Shown in pieces: positions 29,332 through 39,200 of a stretch of 64,000 bases of DNA. Origin of the DNA: an uncultured delta proteobacterium (GTDB lineage: Bacteria; Desulfobacterota; Binatia; Binatales; Binataceae). The stretch spans positions 10,518 through 74,517 of the forward strand of contig OY970324.1 of the NCBI GenBank assembly GCA_963717005.1, in the 5' to 3' direction. The notes under the pieces are model-generated. The model was not told where the DNA came from, searched no databases, and worked only from the letters and a program-made list of their open reading frames with translations. The translations under genes and the position numbers were made by a program. Numbering within the stretch: position 1 is the stretch's first letter; every line of letters begins with the position of its first letter.

Positions 29332-32300
29332 CTACTCGCCGACGCTGGTGCTGTGTCCGCCGCCGCTCGAGCCCGCCTTTGCCGCCGCGCCGTCGGGCTG
29401 AGAATTCTCGACCGCGCTCGCGATCGCTTTGAGCAGCGTCGATTTCTTGACCGGCTTGCTGACATGCATGTCGCAGCCAACCTCGATTGCGTGCTGCACA
29501 TCGGCCACCAGCGCGGCGGCTGACAGCGCGATGATCGGCGTCCTGCCGCGTCCATTGTCCGCCTCCCAGCGACGAATCTCGCGCACCGCGCCGTAGCCGT
29601 CGAGCACCGGCATCTGGATGTCCATCAGCACCACGTCGTAGGCGCGCGTCATGAAATGGTCGAGCGCCGCCTGGCCGTCCTCCACTTCGTCCAGTGAGTA
29701 GGCGCTCTTCTTGAGATAGGCCGCGATCAACAGGCGATTATCCGGCGAGTCATCAGCCAGCAGAATACTGAGCGGCCGGCCCGTCAAGTCGGTACTCAAA
29801 TCGTTCGGCTTGAGTTCATGGCGCGGCTCGGCGGGCGGATAGGCCGGCGCCGCGACCTCAAGCATCGCGGCGGAAATCGCGGCGTACAATTCGCGGCTCT
29901 TGACCGGTTTCACCACGTAGTAGTTCAAGCCCGTCTGCCGCATCGTGCCCAGGCTGGTGGTCAAACCGTTGGAAGGCACGAGCATGACCACCGGCGCGTT
30001 TCCATTCGGAACGGCGCGCATCCGCCGAAGCATCTCGAAGCCGTCCATCGCGGGCATCTGCAAATCAACCAGCAACAGGCCGAATGGCGTGCCGGCGCGA
30101 TTGGCGGCCGCAAATGCGGCCAGACCTTCGGCTCCGGAAGCGGCGGTGCTGACAGTCGCTCCGCCCGCGGTCAGCATCCGGCTGACGATGGACCGATTAG
30201 TCGCGTTGTCATCGACCACCAGCGCGCGGACCGACGACAAATCGAGCGCGCGAAGCTCCCGCGTTTCGTTTCGGCCGACCGGCGGCGGCATCCCGAGCTC
30301 CACCGTGAAATTGAAAACGCTCCCCGTGCCGAGTTCGCTTTCGACCCAGACCGTCCCGCCCATCAGCGCGACCAGCCGCTCGACGATGGTCAGGCCGAGT
30401 CCGCTGCCGCCGTATTTTCGCGTCGTCGATGAGTCCGCCTGGGTGAAGGCCGAGAAAATGTTGGGCAGCATCTCGCGCGGCATTCCGATCCCGCTGTCGC
30501 GCACCGAGAACAGCAGGCTGCCGGGGTTTGCATGATGCGGGTTGTGCGCGACGTCGATCACGACTTCGCCGCGCTCGGTAAATTTGATCGCGTTGCCGAT
30601 CAGGTTGGTGAGCACCTGGCGCAGCCGCAACGAATCGCCCACCAGGGTCGCCGGCAAATCGGCGCTGAATCGCACCGCGAGCTCGATTCCCTTTTCGTGC
30701 GCCCGCACCGCCAACGTGTCGGCGACTTTCCCGGCCAGCTCAACCACGTCGAACTCGAGCGCCTCCAGGTTCATCCGCCCACTTTCGACCCGCGCGAGAT
30801 CCAGGATGCTGTTGATCAGCTCGAGCAGCGCGTTGCCGTTGCTGATGACGGTATCGAGGTAGCGCCGCTGCTCCGAATCGAGATCGCCCTCGCCGATCAG
30901 GTCGGCCATCCCGAGGATCGCATTCATCGGCGTGCGAATTTCGTGCGACATGCTGGACAGGAATTCGGTCTTGGCCTTCGACGCGGCCAGCGCCTTCTGG
31001 CGCGCCGCCTCCAGGTCGGTGATATCGCGCGCGATCGAAAGCGCGCACACGCGCCCGCCCAGCTCCAGCACCACCGCCGAGATCAGCGCCGGGAAAGTTC
31101 TGCCGCCGGCGGCGCGGAAAGTGGTTTCGAAATTGCGCACTTCGCGCCGCTCGAGCAGCGTTGCGTTGAACAGCTCGAGATGCTCGATGTTATCCCACAC
31201 ACTGAGCTGTGCGAAACGCCGGCCGACGATTTCATCCTTCGCCAGTCCGAGCGATCGCACCAGCTCGTGGTTCACGTCGATAATGATGCCGTCGCTCAGA
31301 TCTGTCAGCGCGATGTTATCGACGCTCGACTCGAATATCTCCCGCAGCATCGCTTCACTGCTTTGCAGCTTGCGCTCCTGTTCCTTGAGCACGGTGATGT
31401 CGCGGGCAATCGTGACGACGCGCAGCTCGCCGCCCAGCTCGACCACCACCGACGACAGCAGCACCGGGATTGCGGCGCCGCGCCTGGTCTGAATTGTCAC
31501 TTCTAAATTGCGCGCCTGGCCGGTGGTACGGAGCGACTCCCGATACTCGCTTTCACTGCCCGCCAGGCGGTTATCGGTGACGCCCGGCGAGATCGTTCCG
31601 ATGATCTCCGCGCGCGAAAATTCGCTCAGCCGCAGGAACTCGTCGTTGACATCGATAAAGCGGCCCTCGAGGTCGGTGATCGAAAGCGGGTCCAGGATCG
31701 AGTCGAAAATCTTGCGCAGGCTGGCTTCGCTGTCCTTAAGCTTTTGTTCCGCCGCGAGCAGATCGCCGATGTTGCGTGTGATCGTCAGGACGCTCAGCTT
31801 GCCGTCCAGCTCAACCATGGCGCCGGACATTAGGCACGGCACCTGCGTTCCATCCTTGGCGTAAAAGTTCGCGCGCATGTTGCGGACTTCGCCGCTCCGG
31901 ATCATCGCCGCCGAAAAGATGTCCGCTTCCTCGCGGCTCGGCCAGACGCCAATCTCCCAGTAGGTCTTGCCCAGCACCTCTTCGCGGCTGAAGCCGGTGG
32001 CGCGCGAGAATTCGTGATTGAGGTCGGTGTAGCGCCGCGTTACCGCATCGGTGGTCGTCACCGAGTCGAGATTCGCGTCGAAAATCTTGCGCAGCGTGGC
32101 CTCGCTGTTGCGCAGTTTTCGCTCCGCTTCCTTCACGTCCGAGATCTCGCGGACCACGATAATCGCGCAGTTCTGATTGCTCAGTTGCACCGCGACCGCC
32201 GAGATGAGCGCCGGCATCGCCCGCTCGTAGCCAACCCCGTTGAGCAGGACCTCGAGGTTTTGCACCACGCCGCTGGTTCGGAGTTCATGCATGAACTGCT

Positions 32301-33162
32301 CGCGGACCGCGGGCTCCGCAAAGAAACTGAAATCGGTATCCATCCGGCCCACCACCAGCTCGCGCGGCACCCGGCTGCGCTTGACGAATTGGTTGTTGAC
32401 CTCGAGGATCGCGCCGGTGTCGAGGTTGTTGACCACGACGATGTCGCCGCTTTGCTGGAAGATCTGCCGGAACTTTTCTTCGCTATCGGTTAGTTTCTGA
32501 TCGCTGCTCAGCTGGTTCGCAAGGTTGCGCGCGATTGCGCGCCGATTCTTCGTCTGCAGATAAACGTTCGATTGCGCCAGCCCCACTGCGGTCGTCAGTC
32601 CCAGCCAGTACATGGAAGGATCGGAGTCAACTATCCCATGCGCGCGCCCAAGAACGTAAAAGCAACTCATCCCGACTGCGCTAATCACCGCCTGCCAGCC
32701 CCAATCCCACGGCGCCAGAGTGCCGGCGCCGACCACGATGACCAGCACTGACACGAATAGCGCTTCTACGCGCGTCGATTCGCGACAGATCTCAGTCGTC
32801 GATACGAGCAATGCGATGCAGACAAAGAGAGCGTGTTGGCGCCAATAGCGCAGCGTCACGGTGGTAAAGCTCGACAGAAAAAATACCACCCCGATCGCAA
32901 TGTTGGTCAAATGAAGACTCAGCGTCGCGTCGAACGTCGAGGCGGACGCGTAGCGGTGCTCGACTGCGTAGATTAGCTGGAAGAAGACCGCCAGCGCCGC
33001 ACCCGTTCGCCACAATCCTGCGACCATCTCGTCCGCGATCTGCGATTCGGACAAAATTCTGCGCGACCCTGCATGCGCCAGCTCACCCGAAGTCGAAACT
33101 TCGGCGCTCATCTGGTCATGCTCCGACTCGCGCGCGTCATGCTGCTTGGGCGCAGCGCCCAT
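29332..33162 (-). CDS. hybrid sensor histidine kinase/response regulator with N-terminal membrane domain, multiple PAS domains, HisKA, HATPase_c and two REC domains
   Basis: A repeated PAS signature, the H-box SHEIRTPMNAILGM, G-box GGSGLGL, and two C-terminal receiver domains (D-containing LLVDLQMP, VLMDIQMP). The start is at the ATG (33162) with a GAAGGAAA RBS. Confidence 0.85.
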   Translation of the reverse strand: MGAAPKQHDARESEHDQMSAEVSTSGELAHAGSRRILSESQIADEMVAGLWRTGAALAVFFQLIYAVEHRYASASTFDATLSLHLTNIAIGVVFFLSSFTTVTLRYWRQHALFVCIALLVSTTEICRESTRVEALFVSVLVIVVGAGTLAPWDWGWQAVISAVGMSCFYVLGRAHGIVDSDPSMYWLGLTTAVGLAQSNVYLQTKNRRAIARNLANQLSSDQKLTDSEEKFRQIFQQSGDIVVVNNLDTGAILEVNNQFVKRSRVPRELVVGRMDTDFSFFAEPAVREQFMHELRTSGVVQNLEVLLNGVGYERAMPALISAVAVQLSNQNCAIIVVREISDVKEAERKLRNSEATLRKIFDANLDSVTTTDAVTRRYTDLNHEFSRATGFSREEVLGKTYWEIGVWPSREEADIFSAAMIRSGEVRNMRANFYAKDGTQVPCLMSGAMVELDGKLSVLTITRNIGDLLAAEQKLKDSEASLRKIFDSILDPLSITDLEGRFIDVNDEFLRLSEFSRAEIIGTISPGVTDNRLAGSESEYRESLRTTGQARNLEVTIQTRRGAAIPVLLSSVVVELGGELRVVTIARDITVLKEQERKLQSSEAMLREIFESSVDNIALTDLSDGIIIDVNHELVRSLGLAKDEIVGRRFAQLSVWDNIEHLELFNATLLERREVRNFETTFRAAGGRTFPALISAVVLELGGRVCALSIARDITDLEAARQKALAASKAKTEFLSSMSHEIRTPMNAILGMADLIGEGDLDSEQRRYLDTVISNGNALLELINSILDLARVESGRMNLEALEFDVVELAGKVADTLAVRAHEKGIELAVRFSADLPATLVGDSLRLRQVLTNLIGNAIKFTERGEVVIDVAHNPHHANPGSLLFSVRDSGIGMPREMLPNIFSAFTQADSSTTRKYGGSGLGLTIVERLVALMGGTVWVESELGTGSVFNFTVELGMPPPVGRNETRELRALDLSSVRALVVDDNATNRSIVSRMLTAGGATVSTAASGAEGLAAFAAANRAGTPFGLLLVDLQMPAMDGFEMLRRMRAVPNGNAPVVMLVPSNGLTTSLGTMRQTGLNYYVVKPVKSRELYAAISAAMLEVAAPAYPPAEPRHELKPNDLSTDLTGRPLSILLADDSPDNRLLIAAYLKKSAYSLDEVEDGQAALDHFMTRAYDVVLMDIQMPVLDGYGAVREIRRWEADNGRGRTPIIALSAAALVADVQHAIEVGCDMHVSKPVKKSTLLKAIASAVENSQPDGAAAKAGSSGGGHSTSVGE

Positions 33163-33403
33163 TCGGTTTCCTTCTCGTCCCTGGCCGGCGCAAAGGGATC
33201 CACTGATCACAGCAAGTCCAATGCCCGCAAATCTGTCGCAGATATGCGAAACAGCGCCCGATTGCCGCTCTATACGCTCACTCTGCGGAACAATTCGGCG
33301 CGATGTGTGCCGTTTTGGGACTGGGCTGGAGGCCTCCGCGTTTGTTAAACGCACGCGAATTCTGCGAGAATCCGCTGCAATTCCCGAATCGAGGTTCATC
33401 CAC

Positions 33404-34954
33404 ATGAGCGCGACCATCTCAATCCGTCAGGGCAAACTCGAAGGTGACGAGCAGGGCGGACTTTTCGTCTTCAAAGGAATTCCGTTTGCCGCGCCGCCCG
33501 TCGGTGCGCTCCGATGGCTCCCGCCCGCGAAGCCCGCCGCGTGGAACGGTGTCCGCGACGCTCGCCGCTTCGGCGCCGTCGCGCATCAGAACCGCGTGAT
33601 GCTCACCGCGCTCTCCGCGATGGTGGTTGACGGCGAACAGTCCGAGGATTGCCTCTCGCTCAATGTCTGGACCCCCGCACTCGACGGCAAGCGCCGCCCG
33701 GTGATGGTCTGGATTCACGGCGGCGCCTTCACCATCGGCTCGGGTTCGCAGTCGCTCTACGACGGCTCGGTTCTCTCGCGTCGCGGCGACGTGGTCGTGG
33801 TTACGGTCAACTACCGGCTCGGGCCACTGGGCTACCTGCGCCTCGCCGACGTGACCGGCGGCAGGATTCCGTCATCCGGCCTCGAGGGGATGCTCGATCA
33901 AGTCGCGGCGCTCCAATGGGTGCGCGACAATATCGCCGAGTTCGGCGGCGACCCCGGCAACGTCACTATCTTCGGCGAATCCGCCGGCGGCATGAGCGTC
34001 GGCACGCTGCTCGCGATGCCCTCGGCGCGCGGCCTCTTCCACAAAGCGATACCGCAAAGCGGCGCCTGTCACACCGGCGCGCCGGTCGAGCGCGCGAATC
34101 GAACCGCCGAGCGAGTGTTATCCAGGCTCGGCGTGAACCCCGGCGATGCCGCCGCGCTCCGCGCGCTGACCCCGGCGCAATTGCTGACCGGCACAATGCT
34201 CGCCGACGGCAAGACGCCCGATCCCGAACTCGGGATGGCGTATCAGCCGTGCATCGACGGTGTCCACGTGCCGCGCGCCGCGATCGAGATGGTCGCGAAC
34301 GGCTCGGCGTCTGGCGTGGCCGTGATGGTCGGCTCGACGCTCGAAGAATGGAAATTGTTCTCGCTGATGGACCCGTCGTTGCACAAGCTCGATCGCGCCG
34401 GCCTCGGCGCGCGCATGAGCCGCCGCCTGACGGCCGCAGCAGCCGACGCGCTGATCGGTTCATACGAACAGGCGCGCGGCGCGCGTGGTGAATCAGTGAC
34501 GCCCGCCGATTTATTCACCGCAATCGAGACCGACCGCGTTTTCCGCATCCCGGGCGTGCGCCTCGCGCAAGTCCAGCCGCGCCACGACCACGACGCGCGC
34601 GTTTACAGCTACCTTTTTACCTGGCCGTCGCCCGCGATGGGCGGCGTGCTCGGCTCGTGCCACGCACTCGAGCTGGGCTTCGTCTTCGGCACCAATCACA
34701 TGCCCGGCATGGCCGCATTCGCAGGCAGCGGCCCCGCCGCGGAAAAATTGGCAACCCAGATGCAAGACGCGTGGCTCGCCTTCGCCCGCTCCGGCGATCC
34801 GAGCAACGAGAGCACCGGCACGTGGAGGCGTTACGACGAAGCACATCGCTCAACGATGGTCTTCGGCGCAAACACCAAGCTCGAGGACGCCCCGCGCGAC
34901 CAAGAGCGCCGCGCCTGGGACGCCGTCGAAGATCGCATCTTCGGCTCGCTCTAG
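33404..34954 (+). CDS. carboxylesterase type B (para-nitrobenzyl esterase-like)
   Basis: GIPFAAPP, EDCLSLNVWTP, HGGAF, and the GESAGG nucleophile motif. Confidence 0.85.
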   Translation: MSATISIRQGKLEGDEQGGLFVFKGIPFAAPPVGALRWLPPAKPAAWNGVRDARRFGAVAHQNRVMLTALSAMVVDGEQSEDCLSLNVWTPALDGKRRPVMVWIHGGAFTIGSGSQSLYDGSVLSRRGDVVVVTVNYRLGPLGYLRLADVTGGRIPSSGLEGMLDQVAALQWVRDNIAEFGGDPGNVTIFGESAGGMSVGTLLAMPSARGLFHKAIPQSGACHTGAPVERANRTAERVLSRLGVNPGDAAALRALTPAQLLTGTMLADGKTPDPELGMAYQPCIDGVHVPRAAIEMVANGSASGVAVMVGSTLEEWKLFSLMDPSLHKLDRAGLGARMSRRLTAAAADALIGSYEQARGARGESVTPADLFTAIETDRVFRIPGVRLAQVQPRHDHDARVYSYLFTWPSPAMGGVLGSCHALELGFVFGTNHMPGMAAFAGSGPAAEKLATQMQDAWLAFARSGDPSNESTGTWRRYDEAHRSTMVFGANTKLEDAPRDQERRAWDAVEDRIFGSL

Positions 34955-35125
34955 GCGAGTCCTATCTCCTTTTGGAGCCAGCCGTCCGCCTGTGGCGGGT
35001 CGGAATGTACTTTCCTACTGTAGTGGTATATTGTAGTGCTGGTTCAGTCCGCTCAGATGACCCAAACAATGGAAACGTGATATTGAGACTTGGTGTGTCC
35101 GTGAGGGGAGAGTTATCCGCGCTTC

Positions 35126-35446
35126 TTGGCAATTCTGGCAACCACGTTCGCGACTATCTGGAAGCGATCGGACCATTGGTACGATCATCAAACGGAATTT
35201 CCAGAGATCGCAGATGAATTCGAATATGAACGTCGGGCTGCTGAATTTTTGAATGCTCCGCTCGGTCCAACAATGGTGGAAGGCATACGAAGTAGCGATG
35301 GTGAGACAATTCGATACGATCAAGCGACGCAAAATTTCGCGGTAATGCGAGAGGACGGGATCATTCGCACGTTTTTCAGACCAACCAAGAGTTGGCATGG
35401 TTTAAACAGCAATTTGGAGTATTTCCAACAGGTATGTGCAAAATGA
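35126..35446 (+). CDS. hypothetical small protein (candidate toxin-like domain) in a low-GC island
   Basis: A TTG-start ORF. Its stop overlaps the next gene's ATG (ATGA). An alternative upstream frame (35005..35217) also looks protein-like, so the boundaries are uncertain. Confidence 0.3.
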   Translation: MAILATTFATIWKRSDHWYDHQTEFPEIADEFEYERRAAEFLNAPLGPTMVEGIRSSDGETIRYDQATQNFAVMREDGIIRTFFRPTKSWHGLNSNLEYFQQVCAK

Positions 35447-35742
35447 AGAAATACTATTGCCCCGTATGCGGCTATGATCAGCTTGACGAACCGCCTGCTA
35501 ATCAGAGCATTTGCTCCTGTTGCGGCACCCATTTCGGCTATCACGATGTCGGCCATGCTTGGGCCGAATTACGGGAAACCTGGCTCCTAAGGGGCGCTCC
35601 TTGGTTTAGCCGAGCCGTTTCACCGCCCGCTGGATGGAGCGCATTTGAACAATTGCAACAGCTATTGGACATGGAAGATTTACGAGTTACCGCTGACACC
35701 GACATGACCACGGTCTCAATAAAGCGTCCCGTCGCGGCTTAG
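35443..35742 (+). CDS. Cys-rich CPCC-family zinc-ribbon protein
   Basis: MKKYYCPVCGYDQLDEPP...ICSCCGTHFGYHD, two CxxC pairs in the CPCC pattern. Translationally coupled to the upstream ORF. Confidence 0.5.
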   Translation: MKKYYCPVCGYDQLDEPPANQSICSCCGTHFGYHDVGHAWAELRETWLLRGAPWFSRAVSPPAGWSAFEQLQQLLDMEDLRVTADTDMTTVSIKRPVAA

Positions 35743-35754
35743 GGCCGTCATCTG

Positions 35755-36183
35755 ATGCCGAAGTTATTGCTCTTCGCGCCGTGCGAAAAAGTGCTAGTAG
35801 ACCAGCAAACTCATACGGTCTCGTTGATTATGCTCTTGCAGGAGATTCACTACAAAGTGCCGCCAGGGATTCAGATTCAACCAAACGCTCTGCTACCGAT
35901 GAATTGGTCGGTGATCAGCATTTGGCAAGAAGAGGAACCACAGGACGCAGGAGTTGAATTTGAGCAGCGGCTAGTGCTCGAAAATAGCGCTGGAACGACT
36001 TTGGTAGCCAACGAAGTGAAGTGGAAATTTGAGAAACCATCCCATCGCATCGTCGGCAATGTTCCAGGAATACCCATAGGGTCTCGCAGACTGATGCTTA
36101 AGCTGTCCTATCGCGTCGCGATGTCTCGCGATTGGCATGAGATCGCATCGTTTCCGCTAGAGCTGATGCAAGACGTACTTTGA
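35755..36183 (+). CDS. hypothetical protein (142 aa), unrecognised
   Basis: A clean ORF, the third gene of the low-GC cassette. Confidence 0.4.
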   Translation: MPKLLLFAPCEKVLVDQQTHTVSLIMLLQEIHYKVPPGIQIQPNALLPMNWSVISIWQEEEPQDAGVEFEQRLVLENSAGTTLVANEVKWKFEKPSHRIVGNVPGIPIGSRRLMLKLSYRVAMSRDWHEIASFPLELMQDVL

Positions 36184-36222
36184 CGAGACGAAGGTATGCC
36201 GTATCACGCGGCCGCGCGCGTG

Positions 36223-39200
36223 CTACTCCAGCGATAAATCGACCCGCGTGGTCTTGCCTTGATCCTTGATTCCGCTGGCGTCGAGCTTGGGCGCGATGAT
36301 GAACATCCGCGCCGCATCGACCTGCTTGCTGCTCAGATACGCGCGCACCGCATTCGCGCGCGCGTCCGCGAGATTCTTCAGGTTCTGATCGCTCACCGGC
36401 GTGTTATCCAGGATTAGCTTCTTCATCTGGTCCGGCGGTATCGTCTTCGCGAATCCAATCGCGTCGCGCGGCTTCTTGAAATCCCCCGCGCTATAGACCT
36501 TCGCCAGATACTTGTTGTAGTCGGCCGTCGATAGCGGCTCGCTCTTCGCCTTCGCCTCCGCGCTGTCGCCCTCGGCCCTGCGCCGCAGCACCTGGATACT
36601 GTGATCCAGCGACGCTTCCTTGTAGCCCGCAGTGTCGAACTTGGGATCGACGCGTCCCTCGATGTTCAATTTCAACGCCGGCCGCGCCGCCAGCGCCTTC
36701 GCCACCGTATCAAGCTTCTGCTGACTCTCCGGCGCCAGCGTCGAATAGCCCGGCGCGAACTCGATGTAGGCGAGATCCTGCGGTGCTCCACTGCCGGTAA
36801 CGCTGCCGAAGGCGGACGCTAGCAGCGAGAACGGCGCGGTTGCCGCCTTGACGATCAGATTCATGAACGCGCCGAGGATAACGCTGCCGATACTGAACTG
36901 CGGATCCGACAGCGACCCCGATATCGGGATTCGCACGTCGATTTCCCCCTTCGAATTCTTGAGCAGCGAGACCGCCAGCCGAATCGGCAGGTTGGTCGCG
37001 TCGGGACTGTCCACGTGATCGCCGAAGGTCAGCTGATCGATGAAGATGTGGTTTTCGGCGGTCAGCTTGCCGGTGTCGAGCAGGTAATGAACGTCAACCG
37101 TGAGCGTGCCTTTGACGATCGGGTAGCCGGTGTACTTGGTCGTGTACGGCGAAAGCCCGGTAAGCTCGACTCCGTCCGCCTTCGCCTTGATATCGACGAA
37201 CGCAGTTGGCGCGAGCGGATTTATCGATCCATCGATATTGAGCGGCGCGCTGCCATTGATTTTCCCGTCAAGCGAAACAGGCGCGGGCGTCGTGGACTTC
37301 GTCCCAAACGCGCCGACGCTGCCCTCCATGTCGGTCATGTTCGCCGTGTAATTCGGCTTGATAAAATTGTCGGTGTAATCGACCTTGCCGCCCTTGAGCG
37401 TGATTTTGCTGAGCTCAACGTCGGCGTTTATCGGCTGTCCCTGGTAGGGTTGCGCGGGACTGGCCTCCGCGGCCGGGCTGGCTCCAGGAGCCGTCGCCGC
37501 TGCCACGCTCGGCGCGGATGCCGGAGTCGGCGTCGAGCTCGGCGCGACTGGAACGGCGCCCTTCGATCCCGGCTCTCCGGTCGCGCGCGTCAACGAGGTC
37601 GGCGCTTCCTGCGGGCTCGCCGTGATGTCCTTCAGATTCAGCTTGCCGTTGCTGTTGAGAATGATCCGCGAATAAAAATCGTTCAACGCGATCAATCCCA
37701 CGTGCACTTTCGGCGGACCCTTGCCGATCGCGAAGTCGATCCGATTCACGTTGAGCGCGGCCATCTTGAAGAACAAATCGTTGGTCAGCTTGTCGAGCAT
37801 CCGCACGCTACCGAGCGCTGCGTCGCCCTTGTAGCTGACGACAAAATCCTTGCGCTCCTGCGCCAGGCCGACCGCGCCGTCCATCGTCAGGTTCGCGCTC
37901 GTGATCGTCGCGTTCAGCCTGCTGCTCACGTACGGATCGGCGAACGTCAGGTCCAGGCGTTTGGTCGCGACCCGCAGATCGGCCTTGAGCGGCGCAATCG
38001 CGGCGCTGCCGGTGACTTTGAAAGTGCCTCTGCGATTCAGCGTGCCGTCGAGGTCAATTCCAAATGGTTTCGCGAAGTCGCTGGTCACATCCTTTAGATG
38101 CAGATTGAGCGGCGCGACAGCCACGGTGACCGGCTTCGGCGCGGTCTCGTCAACGAAGGTCGCGTCCGTTTGATCGAGCGATACCGACGCTACCTGGAAT
38201 TGAAAACTCGGCGAGGCCGGCGCCGGCGGCGCCGCGGGCTTTACCGGTTTGCGCTCGACCCGCCTGCGCTCGCGCGCCCTTCGCCGCGACTCGCGCGCGC
38301 TGGCACGCTCGGCGCGCGGCGGCGGCTCGCTGCCGCGCATCAGCGACAGCAGACTCAACTTCCCGTCGCGCCGGCGACGCACAAACAGGTGCATCCCGTC
38401 GCCTTTCACTTCGGTTATCGTCGCATTGCGCGACGCCAGGTCGAACTGTCCGATCGCGACGCTGAAATTTTTCCACTGCACCGGCTTTTCTTTTTCGTGC
38501 GGCGCATCGACTTCGAAATTCGCGATCGCCACGCTCGCGGGCTCGGCATGCACGTTAAAGTGATCGCTCGCGAAATGCGTTTGCACGGTGGCTTTCGCGC
38601 TGAATTTGCCCGACGCCACCGTCGCCGCCAGAAATTTCTGCGCGAACGGCTGCAACCCCGGCAAATCGATCTCGTCGACCGCCACCTCGGTGGTAACCTG
38701 CGACTGCGCGAGATCCAGCGCGCCCTGGACCACGAGCGCGCCGCCGCTGTGAACGTTGGTGGTCAGGTAAAACGTCGCCGGCGAATTCCCGAGCGTGCGC
38801 AGATTCTTTACTCCCACCTCCAGCGCGTCGAGCGCATCCGTCGCGGGCGTCGCTCCGCTGTTATCCTGCAGGCTCACTCCGCTCTTCGTCAGCACGAACG
38901 AATCCAGCCGAAAATCCATCGGCGGCTTGGCCGTCACGGGCCCCGCGACCGGCACCGCCGGTTGCACCACATTGCCGGCCGGCGTTGGCGCTGCCGCCGC
39001 GGTACTCGCCGCCGCCGGCGCTGACGCCGGAGTATTCGCTGCCGGCCCGGGACTTCCACTCGCCAGCGACGAAAGATTGTTGGTGCCGTCGGCGTTCAGG
39101 CGCATGCTCGCCAGCAATCCATCGACCCAAATCGATCGCACATGGAACACCGAGTTAAGCGGCTCAACGTCGGTCAGCTTCACCTCGGCATGCTTGATCG

